Positions 19,901 to 33,824 of a DNA stretch of 64,000 nucleotides are shown here, in pieces. Source of the stretch: Hormiphora californensis (lineage: Eukaryota > Animalia > Ctenophora); assembly GCA_020137815.1 (NCBI GenBank), contig CM035351.1, forward strand, positions 4,030,001 through 4,094,000. The letters are read 5' to 3'. The translations under genes and the position numbers were made by a program. Within the stretch, counting starts at the first letter, position 1. Each line of letters begins with the position of its first letter. Below the pieces are notes generated by a model that did no database searches, had not been told where the DNA came from, and saw only the letters and a program-made list of their open reading frames with translations.

Positions 19901-22795
19901 CAATAAAGAATACAGTATCCTCATCATCTCCTGGTATACTGTATTGGTTAGACTTGACTGTCTGATTCTCAACTCTTTCCACATTCCAATCTCTTCTTGA
20001 TAGACGGGACCTGAAATATTGTGAATGATTTAGTTCTGACTAAAGTGACTAGTCAGAGTTAAATTATTCTAGAATTCTAGAATTTAAAATAGTAGTTAGT
20101 AGTATTAGTGGCATGGTAGTGGTGTCATGAACTAAGAAGGATAGTTTGAGTTTTACCTGCTTTGTTCATCCTCGTTATATCTCACACTCTCCTCACTCCC
20201 AACTCTCCTCTCTCTTAGCCAATCCTTCAACCCCTTAGCCCACTCCTTCAATCCATCTAGTGGGATAATTTCTCTCATTTTTGAAGCAAGATAGGAAGTC
20301 TTGAAACCGTGATTTTGTTTGAAATTTATCTTTTGTTCATCTTTAAAAGTGCCCCACAACTCCTCCAAACTCAAACACCGGGCTTCGTCAGCTGATTTAA
20401 ACACCCGCTCAATGTTGGATTTAGCGTTTTCCAAGTTTCCCATTATCTCTTTAAACTTCTTCCCCTTTATTTGGCCACTTTTTTGTCTTTCTCTCCCTGG
20501 ATCACTGAAGGCGACCTCCCTAATCCGGGGATCTGTCTCATCGTAGCCCCGACCCAGTCTAACAACCCTCTCTTTGGGGATGTCCTAAGGAAAGGGCCAG
20601 TTGGAGGCAGTACAGGGGGATGGGGCGTGGGAGGGCCATTATACAACAACTAGTAACTACAACACCAGATATGTGTGTACAATACCGCAACAATCGGAGT
20701 ACACGCACACACTTTACTAGAATAAAGCCCCCTCACTTTAGTAATCAGGGAGTGTGCAGTAGTTACATAATCATGATAATATATGTGTGATAATATGTGT
20801 CCTCACTAATAGTGAGTAACTATTATAATAATGATGGGGTGTGTTACATGTGTTACTATAATGCTGCAAAAGGGTAAATATCTTATGACTAACCTCCGCA
20901 CCCCCGGACTAACCTCTAGTAGCTTGAGAAGGGTTGCATCAAGGACTGTATTCTTGACAGTGATAAAAAGAATGGGAGGCATTGCCTCCTGGCTGGCTAG
21001 GGACTTAACCACACACATAGTTAGGTAACTTTTACCAGTACCTAGGAGGGGTAATAGTTTAGAGCATCTTTCTATAAAATTATTCAAATTTCAACCCCCT
21101 CGCAAGAGATGGAATAGGAAGAGAGATGGTTGCTAGCCATCAATTGCGATTTTTACAAGTACCTGGGGGACCCTGTACAACAGCCAGTAGATTCTCCTTA
21201 CACTCTTTGACCGCCTCCTTCTGACCCTCGTTCAATGGCTTCCCTTCACTCCCCTCCTCTCCCTGACTCTCTACCCCGGCCCCCCTCATGTAGTGTGGTA
21301 GCTTACTCTCTGGCTCCTCGCCTAGCAGCACCTTTTTTAGATCCCCAACTATGTCTTGGTCTAACTTCCTGGATTCTCTCAGTAGGGCCAGTAGGACATG
21401 ATTCTGCCCACTGACCAGGGCCAAGACCCGTCTTCTCAGGGTTGTCAAGGCAACCACTACCTCAGGGACCTCTGCTTTGGTAATTTCTGGGAGCAGGAGC
21501 AGTCCGATATTTCCTGAGTTTGGATGAGCCCTGGCCACAGAACACCAATATTGTGTGTCTTTGTCCACATAAAGGCAGACAATACCGTCCTTAGAAAAGG
21601 GATTGGTGCACGGTTGAGGGTCGGCTGCGAGGAATGTTAGTACCGGAGCAATACGGTGCAACATCACTTCTTCATAGCCCCATCCGATAAACTTGAGATA
21701 GTAACAATCTAACTTGGTACTATTGTCACTCTCAATCTGTTCAAATGCATCAAGAAAGGGTCCGTAGAAGAGTCGTTCAGCTGACTTAATGTGTCTCTCG
21801 GTAAGACTGGTTGGCGACGACTCATCAGCCTCGGAATTCGGATCATAAACAAACTTTTGGACTTTCTTTCTCTAGAAACAAAGGGTGAAATTAGTAGCAA
21901 TATCATTGGCAATATAATATATCAAGACGATAACAAACTATTCAACTCACACGAATTACTTGACTTTCTTTCGACATAGCTTGGCAGTGTTATGACTATT
22001 GTGATCGCACATTACAAGTAGAAAGATAGAACCGTGGTCTTGTTCACGTGAGAGAAGTAATACACTGTCACACACACACAGGTCGGTCACGGTACCTCGA
22101 GTAACATGGCGGGAGTCACGCCAGGAAAGGATGAGGGGGGACCACTGAGAGTGATAGTGAGCAGATCTCATGCTGGATCTGTCAAGGAAACGGCACAGGC
22201 TGCATTTGATGGAAGGGAGGTTACTGTTACACCCGCCGGAGGTAAGTGTGTGTTGAATTGGTTTATCCGAAGAATGGAAGTAGTGAGAAACGACTTTAGT
22301 GTTCTGTGTTGGTTTGTCCGTTGTTTATTGTTGAGAAATGAATTAATAATATGTTATGTTCTAACCCTCCCTTTTTTTATGTCCTCATCGTTCCTAACTA
22401 ACCCTCCCTTTACAATATGTAAAGCTAGGCAAGAATGATAATGGTTTGTTATATAGAAACACGACCCTCACAGGATAGCGTTATAAGTTAAATAACTCCC
22501 AGCAGGAGTCATCAATCCCTAACCCCCCTCTATTGTGTTAGGTGCTGGATACAAAGCCATTGAAGTTGTTGAGAACAAGCAGGATGTGTACGTACACACC
22601 ACGATCATCAAGAAATGGGATATCTGTGCGGGAGATGCAATCCTCCGAACTCTGGGTGGAAGACAGACGGATCTGAGGGGAAACGATATTAACTACAGCC
22701 ACAACCTCGATCCTAAGAACGAACATGGACTAATTGCGACCATGCATGACCATGATGCATACAGAGAGAAATTGCAGGGGGTCAGTAATTCTTAA
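16903..22795 (+). CDS. IMPAD1: Golgi PAP phosphatase (IMPAD1/BPNT2), ~6 exons, 4-kb intron 18026-22081
   Basis: N-terminal TM anchor; [18 protein letters not shown]; [14 protein letters not shown]; VIVSRSHAG; PAGGAGYK; [12 protein letters not shown]. Apparent 1-bp indel in exon 2. Confidence 0.9.
18171..21977 (-). CDS. UPF1/ZNFX1-like superfamily 1 helicase nested antisense in an IMPAD1 intron
   Basis: VQGPPGT|[59 protein letters not shown]; 5' end approximate. Confidence 0.85.
19190..19645. repeat. 34-bp minisatellite, ~13 copies, spanning a splice donor
   Basis: Unit GTGTTTATGAAGGAGCTCTTACCTCAGTTAGGGC; the minus strand reads ..CTAACTGAG|GTAAGAG.. Confidence 0.95.
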
Positions 22796-23748
22796 AGATA
22801 GAGATGCTATGAGTTCGATCATATTTGTCTATTGTGTTTTGTATAGTTTAAGAAAAGAGTTAAGTGCCCTGTTGAAAACATTTATTTTATCCCCTTGCCA
22901 CCGGAATTCTTCGAGTTGGAAATAAATCCACTTTGTTTTTATTTTTAGAAGTTTTATCCTAAAAAAGGTGCATAAATGCACTTGCAGTCGGTTCATGTGT
23001 TGTACGGTCAGTGATTGTCATGTGTGTAGCGCGCAAAGGAGCTGGTATAGATAAACTACGCAGTGTTATTGCTCACGGGCTTACATCGCCCGCGCGGCCA
23101 GTTTCCAACTTTTGGTGATCTGGATATGACAACGTTTTGGTACTGGAAACACGGAAGTGCGAAATTGGACATTGGTAACCACTATAATACAAGTTAATAG
23201 TTATCTTGCCGGAATGTGCTACCGATGTTCCAAAACGGTGATTATGTTAGATTCGCATGAATAAAGATCACTGTCCCGTATTGCCGACCTTGTCAAAGCA
23301 TTCGTCCGACAGTGCCGACCCGATCTAAGCGCACTGTCGCTCAGCCCGTTTTAAAAACAACATGTGCTGGGATTGTGTCCTGTTTGCGAAACAACAGACG
23401 ACACATCCTCCAATTGAGGCGCTTGTCAGTACGTCTTGTGCGCGGCTCTGCTGGACAGAGCGCGATCGCGCGAGGATTGAGGTTTCATGTCATCGCGCCG
23501 ACCGTCATCGAATGTATAAAAACTATAGGAAACAAACCAAGCACTCTCATCTTTCCATCAAAAAAAGACAAAGGGTTTGAAAATTGAAAAATGAATTATA
23601 ACAAAAGAACAATCAAACACACACTGACACACAAGTATACACACAGACAGACAGATCTACTCACATAAATCTTCACAAATATACTGACGCTGTAAAACAT
23701 GATGATAATTAAAAACCCTGAACAAATTGTGAGAATGTGTCTATAATT

Positions 23749-23993
23749 TTAAATTAGAGTTTCTGTCTCGGGTAAACGAATTCCTCGAAGCAACTTGACC
23801 AAGGTGTCCGGAAGGTGGTCTGTTAGCATCTGGGGTTGGACCACAACGTGGTCAAATATCGTATTCGGCGCAGAGAGAATCTCGAAATTACTTTGGTTGT
23901 ATTGATCGCAGCATCTGGTGATAGAGGATTGGTAAAATAGAATTGGAGAGAAAAATTGATAGATAGAGGAAGAAAGAGAGAGAGAGGGAGAGA

Positions 23994-24068
<75 letters not shown>

Positions 24069-24192
24069 GAGATAGAGAGAAGAGATAGTGCAGCTATAGC
24101 TCTCTCTCTCGCGATCGCTCTCTCTTCTCTCTCTCTCTCATCTCTCTCTCTCTCTCTCTCCTCTCTCATCTCCTCTCTCTCCTCTCTCTCTC

Positions 24193-24243
<51 letters not shown>

Positions 24244-27200
24244 CGCGTCGCGCGGACTTTAGCAGAGATAGAGCGTTTCCGGTGCCTGCTAAAATTAGAG
24301 CCGCCCAGCATCATGCACGAGAATACGAATTGGAATGCGAGAAAAGAGCAACGATTCAGATAGTACGAGAACTAATACTAAGAAATTGAATTCTACTTAG
24401 AACTACGATCGATTAAGAGGAGGAACACGTCACGAACCGGCGTTATCAGAAAAAAAGTGAGCAGAATGTACCAGGAAATACAACACATACATTAACTATC
24501 ATGGGGAGGGGGGGGGGGCACCAACTATCACCTACCCCTGAGTCTGATCCTCGGTCCGTTTCAGGAATACCACTTTACCGGGCGGGAAGAGTCTTGTCTC
24601 CCCTGAAGGTAATATCTGGCCGTTTGAGCAGCCCTGTATGAGCGGTAACTCTTCGTCCTCGTTACCCCTGAATAATCCCGCCACCTGGAAATAGAATGTA
24701 GTGAGGATAGAGCTATAAACTGATACTTTGGGAATTAGTCAGGGAAAATATTGGAGCACGGAACAATCGGAGCTAAATACTTGGATCGAATTAACTCGGA
24801 GACTAGGTAAGCAACAACTTGACAACTCCCCCCCCCCCCCCCCCCGATAACTTAATAAAACTCGGTAAAACTGTATAATACCTGTGTTAGAGTTAGTTTC
24901 CATTTAGGTTTACTGTTACATTGTATTGCCCTTAGGACAGCGTCCCGGAGTTCCTGAATACTGTTCAGAGAGAGTCGAGTAGAAAACTCGACATCGACCA
25001 CCGTACTAACTACAAACTCTCGTGATTTCTCAACCGCAGGGACACTGAAACAGAATATATACGGTATTTAGAAAGGGTCAGGGGTCAATTGTAATTTAGG
25101 TCGGAAAAAATTTGTTTTGGATAATGATTTTCTGTAGACATGTCTCAACCAACACATATAATAATCCTATTATATGTTATAATAATCCTATTATATGTGT
25201 GTGTCTGTGTGTGTAAGCGTGTAAGTGTGATGGTAGACAACACACTCTTACCAAATAGGCTTGCCACTTCTAAACAGTAAACATCACTAAACATTCTAAA
25301 CAGTAAACAACAAATTCGGCACATAACACATATAAATGTGAATTATAGGTTTGCCAACTACACAAATTAATGCAACCCAAACTGTTCCTAATATCGCTTA
25401 GTGCTAGCACTGAAACATGTGCCAATATATAATCACCTAAGGAGACCCCCAGGGGGACCGTATGCAAAGCATTGGAGATTTGGGTATTCAGGAAGTAGCA
25501 GGAAACTGAGTATTGCCGCTGTCCCCGCTCCTAGAGAGTGGCCCAACACCAGTAACGAGTAGTCCTGGGAAGATAATATTAGCTTGTTTAGTTGGTGTTG
25601 TGTTTGATTAACTACCTAAAATAATTAGCAATGACACGCCACATAATTAAGTCAGCCTAACGAAATGAGACTTGATTTCCACTGCAATATTTAGCCACTA
25701 CCACAGACCGCTACCATATATGATCATATGTACGGGGTAGTGGACCCTCTCTCACCCCTTACCCAACAATATAACCACGTACGGGGTATCGCTCGTATGC
25801 CCTATTCAGGACATTGTTTTCGAGACAGGCATCCCTGATATTTCGGGCAGAGATTAGCATTCCTTTGTGAGCGAGGAAGTCTTCTGAGTAACCGGGAATC
25901 ACCTCCGTATCACAAACCATATCTGTTATTACGTCCTGGGGAGGGGAGAGAAGTGGAGGAGAGGAAGGGGGAGCATATGGGGGGGGGGGGGGGGAGAAGG
26001 TGGCACTTTTGGTAGACGGCCGATGTGTGGACGGAGTCTCCTTCACGGAAAGATCTTTTGGAGAGTGATTGACTGGATGAAATATTACCTGTAGAGAAAG
26101 GGTTCCTCGGACAGTTAGGATTATTTTCTGTCTCTCGTGATCGACAGCCACATAGAACGAGGGAGAGTAAACCTGTAGGGAGGGGAGAGTTGTTATGTTC
26201 AAGGGATATTATGTACTGTGGTTGGTGTGAGTTGGTTACGAAATAACCACTCGCGACCTTCGCACGCGCTGGCAAGGGAGGGGTTATTTCCTAACCAAGG
26301 TATGAGACAGTCTGGACAGGTCAAGAGGAGAGAGATAGGTAGTTGGTGATGAATAAGGTATTACTTGGAAGTTGAGGTGGGGATGTTTATCAATATTTAT
26401 GGATTATTGGGCCATTATTTAAATACAGGGTAAGATCGGGGAAGGAGGAGGAAGATTAAAGAAATTTGCCATAACAGAGAGGAGGGGGTGCTGCGGTAAA
26501 AAGTCTTTACCGGTTGAATGCCTAGCAGTAAAGCACGTGTAGTCAGTAGTGTATAACAGACTGCAGGTTCGTGGGAGAAAGAGGCATAATTAGTGCAGAG
26601 GGAGAGAAAGGAGGGTAGATGATAGAAACACAGAGACATAGAGACATAGAGAGAGAGATAGGGCGAATAAGGGATGGCGTTGTATCTTTCAGTTTTCACT
26701 CACAACACAAACAAGACAAATAGAAGGGCCATCTCGTGAGGGGTTCAGTCTGTGGTTTTATCACACAGACAGAGAAATAAGAAAACCACAAAACAATATA
26801 ATATCCTAATTCCTAAAATATTCTAATAATATGACTCAGGTGTCAGTGTTGTGGTACGCCCTACTATTATTCACCACACTTGTTCTCCCACTAGTAACAA
26901 TACCACTGTTATTCACAACAGAAACCCGGCAACCATTCACAACCGATACTCGCTCCAATCGTCCCACATTAGGCATCGCAGCAGTGGCTGTGCTCACCCT
27001 CGCTCCGTAGGGCCTACAGAGCAACAAGCATCTCACGTAACGAGCGAAGGAAGGGTTAGTCCAATAATATATGAAGGCATTCGCCCAGGAATTGATGTAA
27101 AGTAGGAAGTACGTCAGGACGATGAAGGCGTTGGGAAGGGCGTCCGATGGGAGCCCCAGCATCGGAACTAGGTACTTTACCGTATAGGGTGTGTAGCTGA

Positions 27201-29511
27201 TAAAAAACAGGTACGTGATACTGAGAATTAGGAGAACGTTAGATATTCTCATCTGGCCAGGTCGTGCCTTCCTCTTCACAATAACCAAGACAGCCACATT
27301 GGACAGAAGAAGGACCAGACTGGGTCCCATACAGCACACCAGGGCACAAACTAGATCTAGAATGTTCCAGTAGGGTGCTAGTGTTGGTGAGTGCTGGTAG
27401 TCACAACTCCCTTTATACCGATCCAAAACCATGGCCCTCCGATCCTCCCTGACCCTGTTTGATATGAAATAGGCAGCAGGGTGTATCATTGAAAGGCACC
27501 ACACGGCTATTGTAACACGGTACGCAGCCGCCTTGCTGGGTTCCAGGGTCAACAAGGGAAACTGACATCGCAGCCACTTGTTGACTGAGAGAATTGTTAT
27601 GAAAAGAATGGTAGCTATGGCGGGTGGGTATTGTAGGTAACATGTAAAGGAACAGAGAAACTGTCCCAGTATCCACGTGTTCCCTGCTATCAGCGTCACT
27701 AGAGTTGGAAGAACCCAGATTATATTGAAGTAGATATCCGATATAGCAAGATGTTTTATAATCACTAGAGATAGTTTATCGATACGGATTGCTCGGCGTC
27801 GTAGCGCTAGAAGGATGATGGTGTTGCCGCAGAGGGCGAGGAAGAAAGAGAGTCCACTCCAGATCGTTAGAAATATGGTCTCTCCTGGGGTCCGGGTGTA
27901 GAGAGTTGAGTTTCCTTCGAGGGTCATGGAGTGGCAAACTATAGATATTAGAGATGGGTTTATAATGTTAGATAGATATTAGAGATGGGTTTATTAAATT
28001 TTGGTTTGTTTAGAGGGTCGAGAAAGGCAATATCATATGGCGAATATAATACATTAAGCTTTTGTGACTCACACCGCTCTGTGAGGGTTCGGCAGAACAG
28101 TATCAGGCGACTTTAAAAACTACATCTAATGGGAGTTTGTCAACTTGACTCCCTTTCTTGAACTCACACATCGTTTAGTGGAACGTGCTAATTGTAGGTA
28201 CACCGAACTAAGAACGCAACAATAAAGAAAGGGCGTAGAAGAAGGGAAGAAAGGTGAATACAACTACAGGAACAGAAATTGGTTTTAGAGAGCACGGAAA
28301 TTTGGGAGGAAGGAAAAAGGAGAGACAGGAAACTAGGGAGCATAGTAGAATGTCTTGCTTTGCTCCATGTAGAGAGTTTCCCCTAGATTATCAATTTGAT
28401 CACCCGGCCCAGATGAGAGGTTACAAATAGTGAAGGAGCTGAACCACCGCTGTCCAACGAATGACAAGGCGCATGAAACAGTAAAACATTGCAAGACAGA
28501 GATAAAGACTTGATGAGATAAAAGGCGCGAGACGAAGGGCGAGGAACTCATAAGTTATGTATAACAGGCGGCGCGGCACACGATCACATGTTACTAATTA
28601 TTCCCCTCGTTTGTAAAGAGAAGCGACGAGGACGGGCGAGGAACGCATCATTCGTCACTTTTAGAGGGAGAGGAGAGGAGAATAGTCACTAGAGAGAGGG
28701 AGAGGAGGGGGAGTCACTAGAGAGAGGGAGAGGAGGGGGAGGAGGAGGAGTCACTAAAGGGAGAGAGAGAGCTGTATGGAGGATCACTAACAAGAGAACT
28801 GCATGGAGGACCAATAACAAGGAAGAGAGGAGAGAGAGATAGATAGGGAATTATCTCCATTATAAAGCAATACTATTTAATGGACCGAAAGAGAGACAGG
28901 CAGGGATCGGACACATATCGTATATAATTAGTGATTTACTATTTTAGATAATCGGTATATTGTGGATGTGCTATGGCCGGAGATCAGAAGCAAAATTAGT
29001 GACACAACAATATCAAGAAGAAACATTTTGAGTTTACAATCAGAGTCATTATATAGCAACCAAATGATTAGACCTACCAAATGATTATAGCTATCAAAAT
29101 TCATAAGTCATTATACGTCATACGATGTAGGGAAACTTTTGCAATCACATGCGAATGAATCAACAAAACCCGGACAGGTCCCTTAAAAATGACGAAACTT
29201 GACTACAGAAGCGAATATACTTTTGGAATGACTAAAACATAAAAGTACGTTGTGGCTAAAGAAGCATGTTGCTGTGACTCATCATTTATTGCAGAGATAT
29301 GATAAAGAAACCATTTGAAGGAATCCTTCAAATTGTTTCCGGAAGGATCAACTAAAGGATTCAGTGTTAGGGTGTGGGAGAAATCACAAGAAGAAGCATA
29401 GTAGTGGTTAGCAGATATACTTATGTGTGTACTAAGATCATGATAGACCGTACGTGTCTAGCAGCAGAAACTAGGGAGGTAGATGGAGAGAGATGGAGAG
29501 AGATGGAGAGA

Positions 29512-29605
<94 letters not shown>

Positions 29606-30124
29606 CCAAGACATAGCGTAATTTACTGTGGTATAACTTTCCCTACTATGCTGTTGTTCTCAAATATACAACCATCCTCCTCTCTGTCTGATCTCTCCCT
29701 CTCTCTCTCCCTCTCTTTCTGTCTCTCCCTCTCTCTATCTCTTAACTTCTTCCCTTGCAAATGGGAGTGAAGTTCGGTGTAGTTCAGTGTAGTAACGTTT
29801 TCCACAGAAACCTGTAGAAACTCTTTGTAAATGCAGAGCATAAATTACAGCCAATTTTGGAAATAAACGCACACAACACTAAAAATATTGGAAAATTGGG
29901 TATACCAACAACAAGACAGCGTCGTATAACAGCTACAGGTGTGAAGTAATTCAGAGCTAATTACGCGTCACGTGTTCATGCTGGGGACGTGCTAAACGAG
30001 GGCCCCTCCAAATTGTACAGATCGGTAGTCTTCATCTGAACAGGACAGTGGTCCAACGCGTTACATGAGGTGCAGACTCTCAGTGGTGTAGAGAGAGAGA
30101 GAGTGGGAGAGAGGGAGAGAGAGG

Positions 30125-30200
<76 letters not shown>

Positions 30201-30532
30201 TAGATAGATAGAGAGAAGGAGAGAGATTCAAGAAAGAGGAGAGTGATAGAGCATATAAAAAGAGAAAACGACTGGTCAGCATTTACTCATTTTGAGGTTA
30301 CAAGAAGGAAATATAGGACATAAAATGAAGGCTAAACATTTTATTATAACAGGAGCTCCCTTTTAATAATTATGTAGCTCAAGTAGGGCCAATGAAATGT
30401 CATGAGCGCGAACTAAGTGAGGAAGGAACAAATGAGTTAATATAGTGCCGAAAAGGTCTACAATAATGTGGAGAAAAGCTATTCGATGACATAGAGCGGT
30501 TACCAGACAGGAATTTGGTCAGTTAGGTAGAG

Positions 30533-30615
<83 letters not shown>

Positions 30616-33413
30616 TAGATAGAGAGAGAAAGAGAGAGAAAGATAGAGAGAGAAAGAGGAGAGAAAGAGGAGATAAAGAGGAGAGAAAGAGGAGAGAAAG
30701 AGAGAAAGAGAGAAAGAGAGAAAGAGAGAGGGAGGTACAGAGATACAGAGAAAAATGTTTCGTTTCGTCGCCATGAAAACAATTAGAAAAGGCGATAAAT
30801 CAAAATCAATACAAAAGTACTCACGTTGCTGGAAAAGTTACTAAAAATAATATCGTTGTCTTCTAGACCACTGAGCTTCTTCAGCGCAATATGGTTGCTT
30901 TGGCACACACCCGAACCGTCCAGTACACTGTGGGGAGTCGCTAATTAATTAATTAATTGTAATGTGGACACTGGGGCCCTAATTAATTGTTAAAATTACA
31001 ATTGTTTTCAGTACACTGTGGGAAACAGTTATAAATTCTATGGAAGTCTAAGTAATTGTGAAAATTACTATTGTTTTTAGTTGGCATCAAACCAAAACCG
31101 CTCACAGCTCTTCCTGCTGTTCTTAGTTAAATTAACGACCTGAATTTACCAGCTAGTTGATGTAATGATATATGGACAAATTAAGAGACTCGGTGATTAT
31201 TTCAGAAAAGTAATTCTTTACTTAATTCGTCCATCTACTATCTACTACTATCTCATAGATATCGATTCAAGACTCATATATCGAACGTGGCAACATATAA
31301 ACTTATTAATTTACCAGCTGTTCATATTGTTCTGAATTTACCTGCACTCTTGACAGAGGTTAAACCACCCAGTGAAGGGATGAAGGTACATGAACATGGG
31401 CCACCCGTAGGACGCCAGGGCATAGGAACTGTAGTAGCTCAACTCTCGTAACAGCTCTCTATTCTCCTGAATAAGAGTAGTGTTTAGTATTCATTGTTTT
31501 GTTCAAACTCTTTTATTTAACAGTCTTGGCAAAGTATTCAGACTGTCTCAACTCTCACGTCACATTGCAACATTGCAACATTAATGTTCAGACTGTCTCA
31601 CGTGCCCATGGCCATCCCGTGTATACTTTATACAGTGCACCTGCCGTAAGAACATGTATATTATGTTTTTACAAACTCCTAACACAAACATTAAAATCAT
31701 ACGTACTATTACACACATTATATTATACACTTGTGAATATGAAGTATGAACCCGCCAACAATAATAAGGCTGAGCAGTGAGCATCACACACTTAAAATTT
31801 GGATTGAGATAAAAGAAACACACATAACTAACCCTGACTGAAGTATCGAACCGCTGACATTGTAACTCAGCAAGTGAACACCCATCTCTCAGTAACTTCT
31901 GTTTCTCAACTGCAATTTTCTGCTGTTGAGCAACCAACATGAGACCCACGGCAATGTCGGTCCCAACTAAATCTATTCCCTGGAACTGGGGTGCAAATAT
32001 CTGGGCAAGGTCCTCGAATGCGCCGTGAGATTGTTCCCTGCCAATACAACAGAAAACACAACTGAATCTGGAGAAGGGAGAGGGAGAGTTTTAAACAACT
32101 GAATCTGGAGAAGGGGGAGAGAGTTTTACACAACTGAATCTAGAGAAGGGAGGGAAAGAGTTTTACACAACTGGTGAATTAGTGGGATCATTGTCTTTGT
32201 ATGCAGTATGCCTTTACTTAAAAGAGCTTAAAACCTCAATAATGTCGTGTACGGCCAAACCGGGGCACGCCCAATGGCCAATACCGCATGATTTATGATA
32301 ACATTAGACGTACCGTTTCTCCCATAGTTTATCGTTCATGCTATGATCAGCTAGGTGCCCTCCAAACGGGTCGAATACTGTTATGATACCTGCCACAGTA
32401 CATGTCACCAGGATCCAGTTGCTTACTATAACCAGGTGAACTGGAATGGCAGTGGCAGAGGGGCAGCTGCTCTCCACGAACCACCAATAGGTGCCCAACA
32501 CACACAGTACTGAGGAGGGTGGTGGTAATTAGTAGTGGTGATAGTAATTGGCGATAATTAGTGGTAATTAGTGTCAAGATTTAGTGTAATGAGTGAACAG
32601 TACAAGGAAAAGTTGTTACCAATCATTTGGGTTGTTAAATTACATGTTATATTAACCCTTACATATTTCAAGGATAAAGAGGGCGAATCTAAAGTGAACA
32701 ATCATTGGCACGTGTTTCCTCTTATCCGCTTGCATGATCCCACCACGAGCACTTATCATTAGACCTACCACCTAGAAAAGCAACATTGTGGTTTTAAATC
32801 CTTTAAATCTAATTTAATTTAGGTTAAATTCTTTAAATCTAATTTAATTTAGGTTAAATTCTTTAAATCTAATTTAATTTAGGTACATACCAGTAACGTA
32901 TGCAATGATGCCATGGGGTAAAATGTCACATAACATAAGTCCTTATAATTAAGAACTTATACATTATAAATTGTCAAACATGTTCTCAACATGTGTCTAA
33001 CCTCGGTTATTAATACGACCACCATGAAGGCTATAGCGTTAGCCAGGTAAGATAACACCAGGGAGGGGTGGGAACACTTGGTGGAAGCATCACCGTCAGA
33101 GCGAATAAAAGTTGTCAAGGAAAACGCCAGTATAGAAACCCTGAATTAGAGAGGTCTGGTGAGCGTGGAATAGCGTAAATTTCTAACTGTACTGTCCCTT
33201 TGGTTACGAAGTCACCCCTTTTATTATTAACAGAGGGGTAATTTCATTACCAAACTGGCCCTTCACCAACCAACCACTGCAATCACACTGTACACCCAGA
33301 TCCCGTTATTTGACTTACCACGCGAGACGGACCAGAACACATACGAGGAAGGGGTAAACAAGGTCATCACTACCAATGAACCACCGCCGGCCCAACACAC
33401 GCAACGCAGGCAT
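23749..33413 (-). CDS. DAGL: Diacylglycerol lipase (DAGL-beta-like, short C-terminus), multi-exon
   Basis: MPALRVLGRRWFIGSDDLV; DLVGTDIAVGL; FYVAVDHERQKIILTVRGTLSL; LAHKGML; LGHSLGAG (lipase GxSxG); QMLTDHLPD. Confidence 0.92.
23965..24244. repeat. (GA)n followed by (TC)n microsatellite
   Basis: Direct reading. Other (GA)n/(TC)n tracts lie at ~29480-29601, 30090-30210, 30528-30730, 36140-36640, 39546-39600 and 59910-60070. Confidence 0.9.
26836..27927 (-). CDS. Intronless rhodopsin-class GPCR nested in a DAGL intron (same strand)
   Basis: 7 hydrophobic segments; GN (TM1), LAISD (TM2), W.LG..C, SVNKW (DRY position), SYTP (TM6), NSWANAFIY (TM7). Confidence 0.9.
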   Translation of the reverse strand: MTLEGNSTLYTRTPGETIFLTIWSGLSFFLALCGNTIILLALRRRAIRIDKLSLVIIKHLAISDIYFNIIWVLPTLVTLIAGNTWILGQFLCSFTCYLQYPPAIATILFITILSVNKWLRCQFPLLTLEPSKAAAYRVTIAVWCLSMIHPAAYFISNRVREDRRAMVLDRYKGSCDYQHSPTLAPYWNILDLVCALVCCMGPSLVLLLSNVAVLVIVKRKARPGQMRISNVLLILSITYLFFISYTPYTVKYLVPMLGLPSDALPNAFIVLTYFLLYINSWANAFIYYWTNPSFARYVRCLLLCRPYGARVSTATAAMPNVGRLERVSVVNGCRVSVVNNSGIVTSGRTSVVNNSRAYHNTDT

Positions 33414-33824
33414 CTCACATGCTACACAAAAGGGGTTAGATAGGAGGGGGTTAGAAAGGAGGGGGTTGGAGAGGAGGGGGTTAGAAAGGAGGGGGTTAGA
33501 AAGGAGGGGGTTAGAGAGGAGGGGGTTAGAAAGGAGGGGGGTTGGAGAGGAGGGGGTTAGAAAGGAGAGGGGGTTGGAGGGGGTTAGAAAGGAGGGGGGG
33601 GGTTGGAGAGGAGGGGAGGGGGATAGATAGTCTCCCGTGTCATACAACATAGGAGGGATTGGATAAATATGGGGTGAGTGTATCAGGAAGTGAGCGGGCC
33701 TGCTTTAAAAACAGAGAAGGAATTGGAAAAGGAAGGGAGAATAAAAAACAACATTATGGACCAGCCGGTGTTCAATATTTCATCTCATGTTTGTGTGTGT
33801 GCAGTATAAAAACAAATCCTCCTC

